NCBI GenBank assembly: GCA_951406725.2
Contig: OX597840.1
Span: 23,436,001-23,500,000, forward strand
DNA: 64,000 nucleotides
Direction of reading: 5' to 3'
DNA from: Octopus vulgaris
Taxonomy: Eukaryota
Shown here: in pieces, positions 52,614 through 64,000 of the stretch
Position numbering within the stretch: the first letter of the stretch is position 1
How the letters are laid out: the number at the start of each line of letters is the position of its first letter
Made by a program: the position numbers and the translations under genes
The notes under the pieces: generated by a model
Database searches by the model: none
What the model saw: the letters and a program-made list of their open reading frames with translations, nothing else
Told to the model about the DNA's origin: nothing

Positions 52614-54284
52614 ATACGAGAAGAAGTAAAACATTTGTGTACTGTGACAAGAAAAAAGAAAATTATGGAAAATGAATTATATCGGACTGAAGTTGAATGT
52701 AAAAGAGAGTCTGAAGAAATTGATGTTTCTGATGAGGAGAAGAATGAAAAGGGCAAAATATCATATCATTGTGATATCTGTGGTAAATCCTTCTCTGGAT
52801 ATCGTTATTTAACTATTCACAAACGCATTCATACAGGAGAGAAGCCATATCATTGTGATATCTGTAGTAAATCATTTTCTCAAAATAGTCACCTGACTAG
52901 GCACAAACACATTCATTCAGGAGAGAAGCCATATCATTGTGATATCTGTGGTAAATCTTTCTCTGTAGCTTGGACCTTGACTACACACAAGCATGTTCAT
53001 ACAGGAGAGAAGCCATATCATTCTGATATTTGTGATGAATCATTTTCTCATAATTATACCTTGACTCACCACAAACGCATTCATTCAGGAGAGAAGCCAT
53101 ATCAGTGTGATATCTGTGGTAAATCCTACTCTAGAATTAATCATGTAACTGGTCACAAACGCATTCATTCAGGAGAGAAGCCATATCAATGTGATATTTG
53201 TGGTGAATCATTTTCTCAAAATAGTCACCTGACTAGGCACAAACGCATTCATACAGGAGAGAAGCCATATCATTGTGATATCTGTGGTAAATCATTTTCT
53301 GGTAAAAGTTCTTTAAATAGTCACAATCGTATTCATACAGGAGAGAAGCCATATCATTGTGATATCTGTGGTAAATCCTTCTCTAGAATTAATCATGTAA
53401 CTGCTCACAAACGTGTTCATACAGGAGAGAAGCCATATCAATGTGATATCTGTGGTGAATCTTTTTCTCAAAATGGTCACTTGACTGGTCACAAACGCAT
53501 TCATACAGGAGAGAAGCCATATCAATGTGATATTTGTGATGAATCATTTTCTACAAATGGTCACTTGACTGGTCACAAACGCATTCATTCAGGAGAGAAG
53601 CCATATCAGTGTGATATCTGTGGTAAATCCTTCTCTAGAATTAATCATGTAACTGGTCACAAACGCATTCATTCAGGAGAGAAGCCATATCAATGTGATA
53701 TTTGTGGTGAATCATTTTCTCAAAATAGTCACCTGACTAGGCACAAACGCATTCATACAGGAGAGAAGCCATATCATTGTGATATCTGTGGTAAATTATT
53801 TTCTGATAAAAGTTCTTTAGATGGTCACAATCGTGTTCATACAGGAGAGAAGCCATATCATTGTGATATCTGTGGTAAATCATTTTCTGATAAAAGATCT
53901 TTAAATGGTCACAATCGTATTCATACAGGAGAGAAGCCATATCATTGTGATATCTGTGGTAAATCATTTTCTCAAAATAGTCACCTGACTAACCACAAAC
54001 GTATTCATACTGGGGAAAAACCATATCAGTGTGATATCTGTGGTAAATCATTTTCTCATAAAAGTTCTTTAAATGGTCACAATCGTATTCATACAGGAGA
54101 GAAGCCATATCATTGTGATATCTGTGGTAAATCATTTTCTAAAAATGATCACCTGACTAGGCACAAACGCATTCATACAGGAGAGAACCCATATCATTGT
54201 GATATCTGTGGTAAATCATTTCCTCAAAATGGTCACCTGACTAGGCACAAACGCATTCATACAAAAGAAGTCACATCACTGTAA
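52605..54284 (+). CDS. C2H2 zinc-finger protein B-R2 (18 fingers, finger 4 with C>S)
   Basis: Intact 559-aa ORF. The ancestral start is probably MENELY, 20 codons downstream. Acceptor AG at 51935-51936. Confidence 0.93.
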   Translation: MMMIREEVKHLCTVTRKKKIMENELYRTEVECKRESEEIDVSDEEKNEKGKISYHCDICGKSFSGYRYLTIHKRIHTGEKPYHCDICSKSFSQNSHLTRHKHIHSGEKPYHCDICGKSFSVAWTLTTHKHVHTGEKPYHSDICDESFSHNYTLTHHKRIHSGEKPYQCDICGKSYSRINHVTGHKRIHSGEKPYQCDICGESFSQNSHLTRHKRIHTGEKPYHCDICGKSFSGKSSLNSHNRIHTGEKPYHCDICGKSFSRINHVTAHKRVHTGEKPYQCDICGESFSQNGHLTGHKRIHTGEKPYQCDICDESFSTNGHLTGHKRIHSGEKPYQCDICGKSFSRINHVTGHKRIHSGEKPYQCDICGESFSQNSHLTRHKRIHTGEKPYHCDICGKLFSDKSSLDGHNRVHTGEKPYHCDICGKSFSDKRSLNGHNRIHTGEKPYHCDICGKSFSQNSHLTNHKRIHTGEKPYQCDICGKSFSHKSSLNGHNRIHTGEKPYHCDICGKSFSKNDHLTRHKRIHTGENPYHCDICGKSFPQNGHLTRHKRIHTKEVTSL

Positions 54285-54819
54285 TACCTGTGGTAAATCA
54301 TTTCCCAAAAACAGCACTTTGTCTAGTCTCAAATGTCTTCATACATGAGAGAAGCCATATCATTGAAACGTGTGGCAAATCATTTGCTTATAGAAGCAGC
54401 GTAACTACTTCCTTAAACCTTCATGAGAGACAAACCATACCAGTCATCTGTCATCATTGTTCTCCATGTCCACATTTGCCAATCTCTCATTGGTCAGATG
54501 ATATTTATTGAGGTGAATTTTCACTGTCCAGATGCCCTTCCTGTTGCCAACCTTCACCTGTTTCAAACTAAAATATTTCCCCATAACCTGACATATTTGT
54601 GTGGCAGATTGGCGATGGACATTGCTTGCATGGCAGTGACACCCACAACTATCACACAGTCTCCAGGCAAGGATATAGTGACACACACACATTCATAAGC
54701 CCCTCACACTTCTAAGAAACATCCTCCTCTATCCTCTGTACCACTAATATTCCCCCACCACCACCACTACCTTTTGTGTATGTCCTCATACATCTCCATC
54801 ACCATCCATTTCTCTCTAT

Positions 54820-55225
54820 ATACTCTTTACTCCTTACATGTTTCAGTCATTTGACTGCGGCCATGCTGGCGCACCGCCTTTAATCAAGCAACTCAACCCC
54901 GGGACTTATTCTTTTGTAAGCCCAGTACTTATTTTATCGGTCTCTTTTGCCGAACCGCTAAGTAACGGGGTCATAAGCACACCAGCATCAGTTGTCAAGC
55001 AATGCTAGGAGGACAAACACAGACACATAAACACACACACGAATATATATATATATATATACGACGGGCTTCTTTCAGTTTCCTTCTACCAAATCCACTC
55101 ACAAGGCTGTGGTCGGCCCGGGACTTTAGTAGAAGACACTTACCCAAGATGCCACGCAGTGGGACTGAACCTGGAACCATGTGGTTGGTAAGCAAGCTCC
55201 TTACCACACAGCCACTCCTGCGCCT
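54820..55225 (-). mobile_element. SINE family 1, full length
   Basis: Ends ttaccacacagccactcctgcgcc (reverse complement of the tRNA head). Confidence 0.82.
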
Positions 55226-55362
55226 ATATATCTGTCATTCTCTCCCTTCTTTTCCTAGTTTGTGTTTGGAAGGGCATCCAGTCATAGAAACCATACCAAA
55301 GGAGACCAACAACCCTAGTGCATCTCTCTGCTTGACCAGCTTTTGTCAAACGGTATAAAGAA

Positions 55363-55592
55363 GGTGGCGAGCTGGCAGAAACGTTAGCACGCCGGGCGAA
55401 ATGCTTAGCCGTATTTCATCTGCCGTTGTTTCTGAGTTCAAATTCCGCCGAGGTCGACTTTGCCTTTCATCCTTTCGGGGTCGATAAATTAAGTACCTGT
55501 TAAGCACTGGGGTCGATGTAATCGACTTAATACCTATGTCAGTCCTTGTTTGTCCCCTCTATGTTTAGCCCCTTGTGGGTAATAAAGAAATA
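55363..55592 (+). mobile_element. SINE family 2, full length
   Basis: ggtggcgagctggcagaaacgttagc...gagttcaaattcc...aataaagaaa. Confidence 0.78.
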
Positions 55593-56549
55593 GGTATAAT
55601 ACTTATTTTTTCTGTATAAATTTACTAAAACCATTAAATGGTTAACTACTTTCTGAAGTTTCACGTTGATGCTGGTAATCATGGTCCAGGCCATATTTTA
55701 CTGTATCTAACACCGCTGACAACATCATAATACATCCTTGTGCATGTATACTCCCTAAGTAAATATGACGTAGCATTCCTACTGAAACCTTCATTTACTT
55801 TATACGATGTTTAATGTCGTTTCACATTTATGTTGAATTATGTAGCAGTCTTATGTTCTCTTCATAGAACACTTGTAATTTATGTATTACCAGTTCTTTT
55901 GGTATTGTAGATCTTTGCTATTCTTGTTCATGTCTCCTCACAGACGTGTATATTCTCACATTTCGCTTCTTAAATTTCCCACCTCTCTTGTTCAATAAAC
56001 ACTGAGTTAAACTTGCAAAGCTGTTTCTTTTCTCCTTTCAATTTTTATTGTTTATTTCAGCAGGTTACCAAACTATCAGTTTCGTCTCCCGGCTAAAACA
56101 GTTGTGACAAATGTTAAAGTTTGTTTGACATTTTAGAAGTGTGAAAGGGATTAAAATTTTGATACTCCATATCAAAGGTTCTGACAAGAATAGGCAGAAA
56201 ATCAGAGCTTGAGACAAGAAGACACTTTTGACCAATCAGAATTCTGTTTACATAATCAGTTTGATTGTACACCTTCCTCTGTCATTTGATTAAGTGTCAT
56301 CCAAGCTGATGTTTATTGGTAATTAAACTTAATTTGCAACACCTGTGCATATCTATCAGCTTTGTTTTTGTTGATAAGAACTGGCAACAACTTTTCCTAT
56401 GATCGTGATTTGGGAAGACCTACAGAAGAATACGAAAGATCGGACATAATCTCTTGCGGGCAAGAAACCTCTATATATATAAACGGCAAAATGTCTGTGT
56501 GTGTGTGTGTTCTTTATACAAATCCACAATTTTTCAGTTAGAGGGCTCG

Positions 56550-56581
<32 letters not shown>

Positions 56582-57500
56582 CACATATATACAACGGGCT
56601 TCTTTCAGTTTCCATCTAAATCCACTCACAAGGCTTTGGTCGGCTCAAGGCTATAGTAGAAGACACTTGCCCAAGGTGCCACACAGTGGGAACTGAACCC
56701 GGAACCATGTGGTTAGTAAGCAAGCTACTTACCACACAGCCACTCCTGCACCTATGTGAAGATTTTTTATATGACAACAATTAAAACTATTTTGTCTGCT
56801 AAAACACAATGTTTTTTCCCTTCATCAACTTCAATATTGTCAAGGTGAACCTCAAATTTGTCATCATCTGTAAAAATATTCACTCTGAGACAACTTCATT
56901 ACTGGAAATTTTATAGTATACTTGAATTTGTTAATAAAGAATCTCTATATATATAAACGGCAAGATATCTGTCTGTGTGTGTGTTCTTTATACAAATCCA
57001 CAATTTTTCAGTTAGAGGGCTTGCACTTTCTATGGTCATTCAAAACCGTCGAAGGGTGGTTGTGCACATCTTTACATTTCCCCAGTCATCACGCAAAGCC
57101 ATTAAATCTCTTATTATAAAAGGCAGATTTTATCTGCCTCCCTTTGTATCTTATAGAAATCTACAATATAGGATTTCTTCAATTACAATTTACCTAGCAT
57201 TTTTAAGAGTAGAATGCATCGGGTCGTGCCAGGTCCAGTTTTTAAAATTTCAACCCCAATTAAGAAAAATTTAGAGAAAACTCACATTGTGGTGTATAAG
57301 TCAAATGCTTTTCTTAGTGTGGCCTACACCACACGCACACACACAGTGTGCAACGAATGAAGTGAAAGTAATTCACTTTTTGTAGTGAGTGACTCTTTCA
57401 CTCTGCCACTTCCTCTTTACACACATAGATATGCAAATATATAAATAAAATTGTAAGCTAACGTGCGCGTGTGTGTGCGTGTGCGTGAGTGTGTGACAGG

Positions 57501-58005
57501 AAAGTTTTTTAGGACGAATATAAGACCTATATCCAAGTAGCAGAAAGATCGCCCAAAAGTGTATATAGATATTTAAATGTATTTATATATTCATCTATAC
57601 ACAGATGTATGTATAATGTGTGTGTATATATTTCTATAGAGGTAACCTTTCACTCCATACAAAGTTTTTTAGGACGAAAATAAGATCTAAAGTTATCTCT
57701 AAGTAGCACAAAGATCGCCCAAAAGTGTATATAGATATATAAATGTATTTATATATTCATCTACGCACACATGTATGTATAACGTGTGTGTATATATTTC
57801 CATAGAGGTAACCATTCACTCCATACAAAGTATTTGAGGACGAAAATAAGATCTAAAGTTATCTCTAAGAAACAGAAAGATCGCCCAAAAGTGTATATAG
57901 ATATTTAAATGTATTTATATATTCATCTATACACACATGTATGTATAATGTGCGTGTATATATTTCCATAGAGGTAACCATTCAATCCATACATAGATTT
58001 TAGGA
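57501..58005. repeat. Three-copy ~160-166-bp minisatellite inside the Helitron stack
   Basis: aaagttttttaggacgaa...aaagatcgcccaaaagtgtatataga...ccatac units start near 57501, 57661 and 57827. Confidence 0.88.
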
Positions 58006-59406
58006 TGAAAATATCTCTTATTATAAAAGGCAGATTTTATCTGCCTCCCTTTGGGAGTTATACAAATCTACAATATAGGATTTCTCCAATTACAATTTAC
58101 CTAGCATTTTTAAGAGTACAACGCATCGCGTCATGCCAGGTCCAGTTTTTAAAATTTAAACTCCAATTAAGCAAAATTTACAGAAAACTCACATTCTGGT
58201 GTGTGTGTCAAATGCTTTTCTTAGTCTGGTTTACAGCACACGCAAACGCACACACACAGTGTGCAACGAATAAAGTGAAACGATGTAATATTTGTTTCTC
58301 TCTATCATGCTGATAGATACATGAGTAAAATGTATGGGAAGCTAACAGATAAGAGTGAGTGAAAATGTTCTTGGAAGAGAGTAAATTAGCGACAGTATGA
58401 AACAGTGTTTATGTATAAACAGACGACACTTATATAAACCCTTTCGTTACCAAACCGCCCGAATTTACCTATTCATATTTAAATGAGAATATCAGAGTAA
58501 ATCTCTTTAGTACATTCGTGAAAACACGTATTATACTTCGTAAACACTTCAAATACAGTTTTGTACAAAAATCGAAGTGTAATTTTAATTCCGTGAATTA
58601 TGGGAGATTTTTTTCCAAAATTTGTTCCTATTGTCTTTTCAAAATTTGTAATTCTGACAAAAAATGGATACGAATTTCATTATATCAAGCAGCGAGTAAG
58701 AATTCGAAGGATTTTCTACTGAAGACCTTCATAAATCTAACTCTATGACTGAAAAAAAAAAGCATCTTTATATAAGAGTGAAGTTGTGTGTCTGTCCCGT
58801 TCGATTTAGATTCGTAACTACTCCCACATTTTGCGGTGCAGTTTAACCAAAAGCGGGTATCTTATAGTCGTGATTCATATCGAGCCCTTCTGGGTATTAG
58901 CGCGCGTCTATGATGAGTCTACGATTTAAAAAAAATTTACCATCATATTTTTCCATTTTAATGCATTTTTTCGCTTTTATATAAGGGAAGTAACTCTCTA
59001 AAAATATCTACGATGTGTCAACGATTTAAAAAAAAAATTTACCTTAATTTTTTTTCAATTTTTAATGCATTTTTTTGCTATTTTTTGGCTATAACTCTCT
59101 AAAAATGCTTATATAGTTATTTCCCTTACAACCCGAGCAACGCCGGGCGATACTGCTAGTTTATATATAAAAGAAAGGTTGTGTGTCTGTCTACTCCGAT
59201 TTAGATTCCTAACTACTCCCACATTTTGCGATGCAGTTTAACCAAAACCGGGTATCTTATAGTCGTGATTCATATCGAGCCCTTCTGGGTATTAGCGCGC
59301 GTCTACGATGAGTCTATGATTTTACAAATAATTTACCATCATTTTTTTCCATTTTAATGCATATTTTTTTAAATAAAGGGAAGTAACTCTCAAACTTCAC
59401 ACCAAT

Positions 59407-59900
59407 ATGCGTGCTCATATGCGACGTAATATCACATCAGCAGCATTTCCTCACACCCTCCTTGCACTTGGCGAAGGCAAAATACCAGGGGATGAAAATG
59501 GTAATATTGCCATCGATTCCATTTGTACCATTGTTAAGACGCCTTCTGATCTCAGAGATGCAGTGTTCCCAGATCTACAAGCTAATTATCAGAATATGGA
59601 TTGGATTGGCAAAAAGGCTATACTGGCCCCGAGGAATAAAACTGTTCACCATATTAATGATGAAATGCTAAAACTCATTCCTGGGGAAGTCTATGTATAT
59701 CAGTCTATCGATACAACTCCTGACCCAGAGGACGTCATCAACTATCCAATAGAGGTACTCAATTCCTTTGAGCACCCCGGACTACCACCACACTTTCTCA
59801 AACTTAAAGTTGGTGCCCCTATAATGCTCATCAGAAATTTGGTTCCCCCAAAACAATGCAATGGCACACGTTTGATCGTTAAGTCCTTATCTCCCACCGT
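59407..59900 (+). pseudogene. Helitron PIF1-like helicase fragment
   Basis: LLALGEG, AILAPRN..V..IN, YP.E.LNS...PGLPPH.LKLKVGAPIMLIRNL...CNGTRL: PIF1 2B-region motifs of Helitron RepHel. Confidence 0.92.
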
Positions 59901-60257
59901 AAACTTATATGAATATTTGCCTGAATAATCATCATAATTCAGTGCAATCATTAACAGTACTTTCAAGCAATTCAGCCCCGAACAACGCCGGACAATTCTG
60001 CTAGTATATATATAAATGGCAAAATGTCTGTGTGTGTGTCCTTTATACAAATCCACAATTTTTCAATTAGAGGGCTCGCACTTTCTATGGTCATTCAAAA
60101 CCGTCCAAGGGTGGTCGTGCACATCTTTACATTTCCCCAGCCACCCCGCAAATCCATTAAAAAATCAATAGAAATGACTTATTTGTGAATTTTCTATCCA
60201 AAACTCAATCAAATTGCCCAAAACTTGATACACCAATTGAATGCCAGCTAGCTGTAT

Positions 60258-60517
60258 GGTTGTTCCTTCTTGAGCCATGCCTGGCTCATAAGGGCCGGTT
60301 TCTTGGCGTATAGGTTCCCCACCAGGACGGGACGCCAGTCCATCGCAGGTGAACTTGAAGATGCAGGAGGAAAGAGTCAGCAGAAGTTTCACCATTACCT
60401 TCTGCCGGAGCTGTGTGGAGTTTAGGTGTTTCGCTCATAAACACACATCGCCCGGTCTGAGATTCAAACCCACAATCCCTCGGCCGCTGTTCTAACCACT
60501 AGGCCATGTGCCTCCAC
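60258..60517 (-). mobile_element. SINE family 3, duplicate of 42031
   Basis: Same TSD (cagctagctgtatg). Confidence 0.85.
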
Positions 60518-60912
60518 AGCTAGCTGTATGTGAATGGTCGGAGATTTGGACAGTACTCGCGTGTACGTGTGCACACACGCAGCTGTATATGCATGCACTA
60601 GCACTATGACCCGGTGTTGCTGGGTCATAGTGATAGTGTAAAATAAAGTTTATTATAAACAACACAAACACTTCATAATTTAATAACTTTCAATGTGATA
60701 CCTGTTAAACAAATTATTTTTAATTAGGGAAAATTTAATAAAATCTAATCATAAGTGAAATTATGCTAAATACAACTAAATTGGAAACCTTTTCCCTCTG
60801 GCTAACAATTGGGTGTGAATTTTACATGAGTAGAAGCTTCTTTTTAACAGTTTTTATCCAGAAAATTACCTGTGTAAATTACACAGGTGTGCAAATTACA
60901 TGTGTTTTTATG

Positions 60913-60943
<31 letters not shown>

Positions 60944-61217
60944 GGTTATAAGAGGCACTGGTGTCATTGAGACCCAAAGGTGTCAGGTAATGTTGAATAA
61001 GTGCTATAGACACCATAGTTAAATTCCAGGTTCGGTAATTTTTCGAAGGGGTTTCAACATTGGTCACATGTCAGCGTGTGTGTATAAGAATTATTTTGCG
61101 TAATGAGATAAAGAACCAAGGCTGTGTAGATATGAGAACATTTATAGATAGAAGGTCTATAAACGTTCTAATATCTACACAGCCTTGGTTTTGTTTATCT
61201 CCTTACACAAACAATTC

Positions 61218-61247
61218 TTATATAGATATGTATGTATGTATATATAC

Positions 61248-61278
<31 letters not shown>

Positions 61279-61425
61279 CATATGTATGTATATATACATA
61301 TATATGTATCATATGTATGTATATATATACATATGTATATATATATATATATATGTATGTATATATATATATATATATGTATGTATATATATACATATAT
61401 ATATACATGTATATATATATATATG
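61218..61425. repeat. (TA/TG/CA) low-complexity microsatellite
   Basis: Seen directly. Confidence 0.95.
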
Positions 61426-62225
61426 TCACTGGTTTGAGCATTGAGCTTATGATTGTGAGGTTGTGAGTTCAAATCCCGAACCAGGCTACATGTTGTGTTC
61501 TTGAGCAAGACACTTTATTTCACATTGCTCCAGTTCACTCAGCTGTAGAAAATGATTTGTGACATCACTGGTGCCAAGCTGTACCGGCCCCTTTGCCTTT
61601 CCCTTGGATAACACTGGTGGCGTGGAGAGGAGAGGTCGGTATGCATGGGCGACTGCTGGTCTTCCATAAACAACCTTGCCCGGACTTGTGCCTGGGAGGG
61701 TAACTTTCTAGGTGCAATCCCATAGTCAATCGTGACCGAAGGGGATCTCAGCTGGTCCCTGTAAAAGGCCACTGTCCTAGTTCATGTAAAAAGCACACAT
61801 GCTGATTCATGTGGTTATTCAACTTATTCCTTCCCCTGAAATTGCTGGACTTGAGCCAAAATAATGTCAGGGACAATAATGCCTTGATATATGAGTTAAT
61901 TTCTTCCTGGAGATTGCTCCTAAAGTGAAAACTCATAAAGCAAAGCAATAATTTCCCAGAGAAGCAATGTTATAAACTGTAATTCATTCCCAGAAAAATA
62001 TTTTACCAATAAAATTTATAATACTTGTAAATAAATGACAATAAAACAACAGTAGAATGTAAAGAATATTTTATGTAAAGTCAAAAACAATGTCAAGATC
62101 ATTTAGAATAGACAAAATATTATTATTATAATTGTTTTCTGAATCACTTTGAAAAGACTCAGGGACACCATCATTTGTAGACGTGACCACTGATTCACAA
62201 GCAAAGAAACAAGTCTAGAGTTGTT

Positions 62226-62606
62226 TACTGAGAAGCATTCCTTTGCTCTTTATAAACTTCTTGGTTAGACACAGATGCATTTGTTATGGTAGTAGAAAGT
62301 TTTGAAAATTTGGATGTTGTGCTTGAAAAATAAAACTCATAAACAATGTCTGTAACTTGGGAAATGAATCTATTCCTCATGAAATGTGTTCTCTGTCTGA
62401 GGGACATCTATGCTTCTTCTTTTTTGTGTGTTCACATCCTGAACTAGTTATTGCACAAATTAAATTTTTGGATGCACAAGTGAAATCAGTCTCAATTATG
62501 AATCTCTGTCCTGGTTTAAAATGGAATTCCGAACCTTCCAGTACTTTCAAGAATGTTCCACATTTCGGACATCTGCATTCATTAACTCTTCATTCTATTG
62601 TTGAGC
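62226..62606 (-). mobile_element. Penelope-like GIY-YIG relic, duplicate of 44230
   Basis: Same translation as the 44.2-44.6 kb copy. Confidence 0.6.
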
Positions 62607-64000
62607 ACCCATTACACTCTCAGAGTGGTTGGTGAAAGGAAGAGCATCCAGCCGTAGAAGCCATGCGAAATCAGACAGGAATCAGATGCAGCCTTCCAGC
62701 CCTGGTCAAAATGTACAACCCATGCCAAGCATGGACACCTTGGGTAAGTGTCTTCTATAATAACCTCGAGCCGACCAAAGCCCTGTGAGTGGATTTGGTG
62801 GATGGAAACTAAATGAAGCCTGTTCTGTGTAGATTGGTATGTGTATGTATATCTCTCCCTCTTTTCTCTATTACTTGTTTCAGTCATTTGACTGCGGCAA
62901 TGCTGGAGCACCGCCTTTAGTCGAGCAAATCGACCCCAGCACTTCTTTGCTGAACCACCAAGTGACGGGAACGTAAACACACCATCATCGGTTGTCAAGC
63001 AATGCTAGGGGGACAAACACAGACACAGAAACAAACACACATATATATATATACATATATACGACAGGCTTCTTTCAGTTTCCGTCTACCAAATCCACTC
63101 ACAAGGCATTTGTTGGCCCGAGGCTATAGCAGAAGACAATTGCCCAAGATGCCACGCAGTGGGACTGAACCCGGAACCATGTGGTTGGTTAGCAAGCTAC
63201 TTACCACACAGCCACTCCTGCGCCTGTGTTTGTGTTTGTCCCCCAATATCGCTTGACAACCGATGCTGGTGAGTTAAGCAGTTTGGCAAAAGGGAAACAT
63301 AGAATAAGTACTAGGTGTAGAAAGAATAAGTCCTGGGGATCCATTTTCTGCTTTGGCAAGGTTCCCATGGCTGGAGGCCCTTCCTAATGCCGACCACTTT
63401 ACTGAGTGCATTGGGTGCTTTTTATGTGGCACCAGCACCATTGGGGATCACCAAGTAACTCGCAAGATAAAGATCCACTTGGTTGTCAGAGGGAGTGGAA
63501 GCGAGGGGGATGGCTTTTTGTCAGTTGGGAGGTTGATGTATAACAGCAGGAGAGAGACGAGTGTCTTACTATAGAGGAGAAACCTGATGATTCTAGTAGG
63601 AAAAGAAAGGAGAGAATGATAGATATATAGAGAGAAGTAGATGATGTTGGAGATGTATGAGGACATACACAAAAGGTAGTGGTGGTGGGGGAATATTAGT
63701 GGTACAGAGGATAGAGGGGGATGTTTCATAGAAGTTGAGACTTGGGTTTTAAAAAGAAATCTACAAGTCCGTCTACGAGTGCTTGTGAATCGGTGATCAC
63801 ATTTTCAAGTGATGGTGTGCGTGAGTCTAATGCGAGTGACAGTGATTCAGAAAACAATTCTAATAATAATACTTCTTATTCTAAATGATCTCAACATTCT
63901 TTTTACTTTACATTCTGCTGTTGTTTTATTGTCATTTATTTTCGAGTATTATAAATTTTATTGATAAAATATTTTTCTGGGAACGAATTATAACCTTGCT

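Larger units (their letters stand above)
56942..60636 (+). mobile_element. Tandem/nested stack of Helitrons
   Basis: 5' TC-type starts near 56942, 57106, 58014 and 58765. 3' hairpin+CTAG ends at 59159 (cccgagcaacgccggg...CTAG) and 60004, and a mutated end at ~60636. Confidence 0.82.
52310..63733 (+). repeat. Direct segmental duplicate of ~37860-45725 (R gene + 3' flank), with extra insertions
   Basis: Colinear, highly similar sequence through the 3' UTR, Helitron, hairpin, SINEs and PLE relic, up to the start of the next inverted 3' UTR. Confidence 0.9.

Noticed and set aside
59407-59928. Host PIF1 helicase gene
   Set aside because: Only a fragment, bounded by Helitron termini (hairpin + CTAG).
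61060-61508. Tyr/Ile-rich ORFs
   Set aside because: Dinucleotide microsatellite translations.

Overview
AT-rich animal genomic DNA. The [10 protein letters not shown]...HTGEKP finger style, the lack of KRAB/ZAD domains and the repeat content suggest a coleoid cephalopod (Octopus-like); this is an inference. The window is a C2H2 zinc-finger gene cluster with two families. Family A has four tandem + strand paralogs (3281, 10351, 17753, 23903). Where the upstream DNA is in view (A2-A4), each has a CCAAT-pair promoter, a non-coding exon 1, an intron and one exon carrying 12-15 fingers. Family B follows a 100-N gap and has two head-to-head pairs (L1-/R1+ at 34-39.6 kb; L2-/R2+ at 46-54.3 kb) inside a direct tandem duplication. 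The main observation is that the 3-4 kb spacer holding the 5' exons and promoters is in opposite orientation in the two pairs, so L-type and R-type finger arrays have exchanged upstream regions (a flip-flop cassette, with real assembly caveats). Transposable elements include a Merlin element with ~630-bp inverted repeats, an 8-bp TSD and a visible empty site; Merlin-like MITEs; a near full-length CR1/L2-group LINE whose AUG-less ORF2 overlaps ORF1 in the -1 frame across two in-phase slippery heptamers; RTE LINE fragments, one of whose tails supplies in-frame ATGs to ZNF genes; a Helitron stack with a PIF1 fragment; Penelope-like GIY-YIG relics; and several tRNA-derived SINEs. All alignments were done by eye, and repeat boundaries are approximate unless a TSD is quoted.
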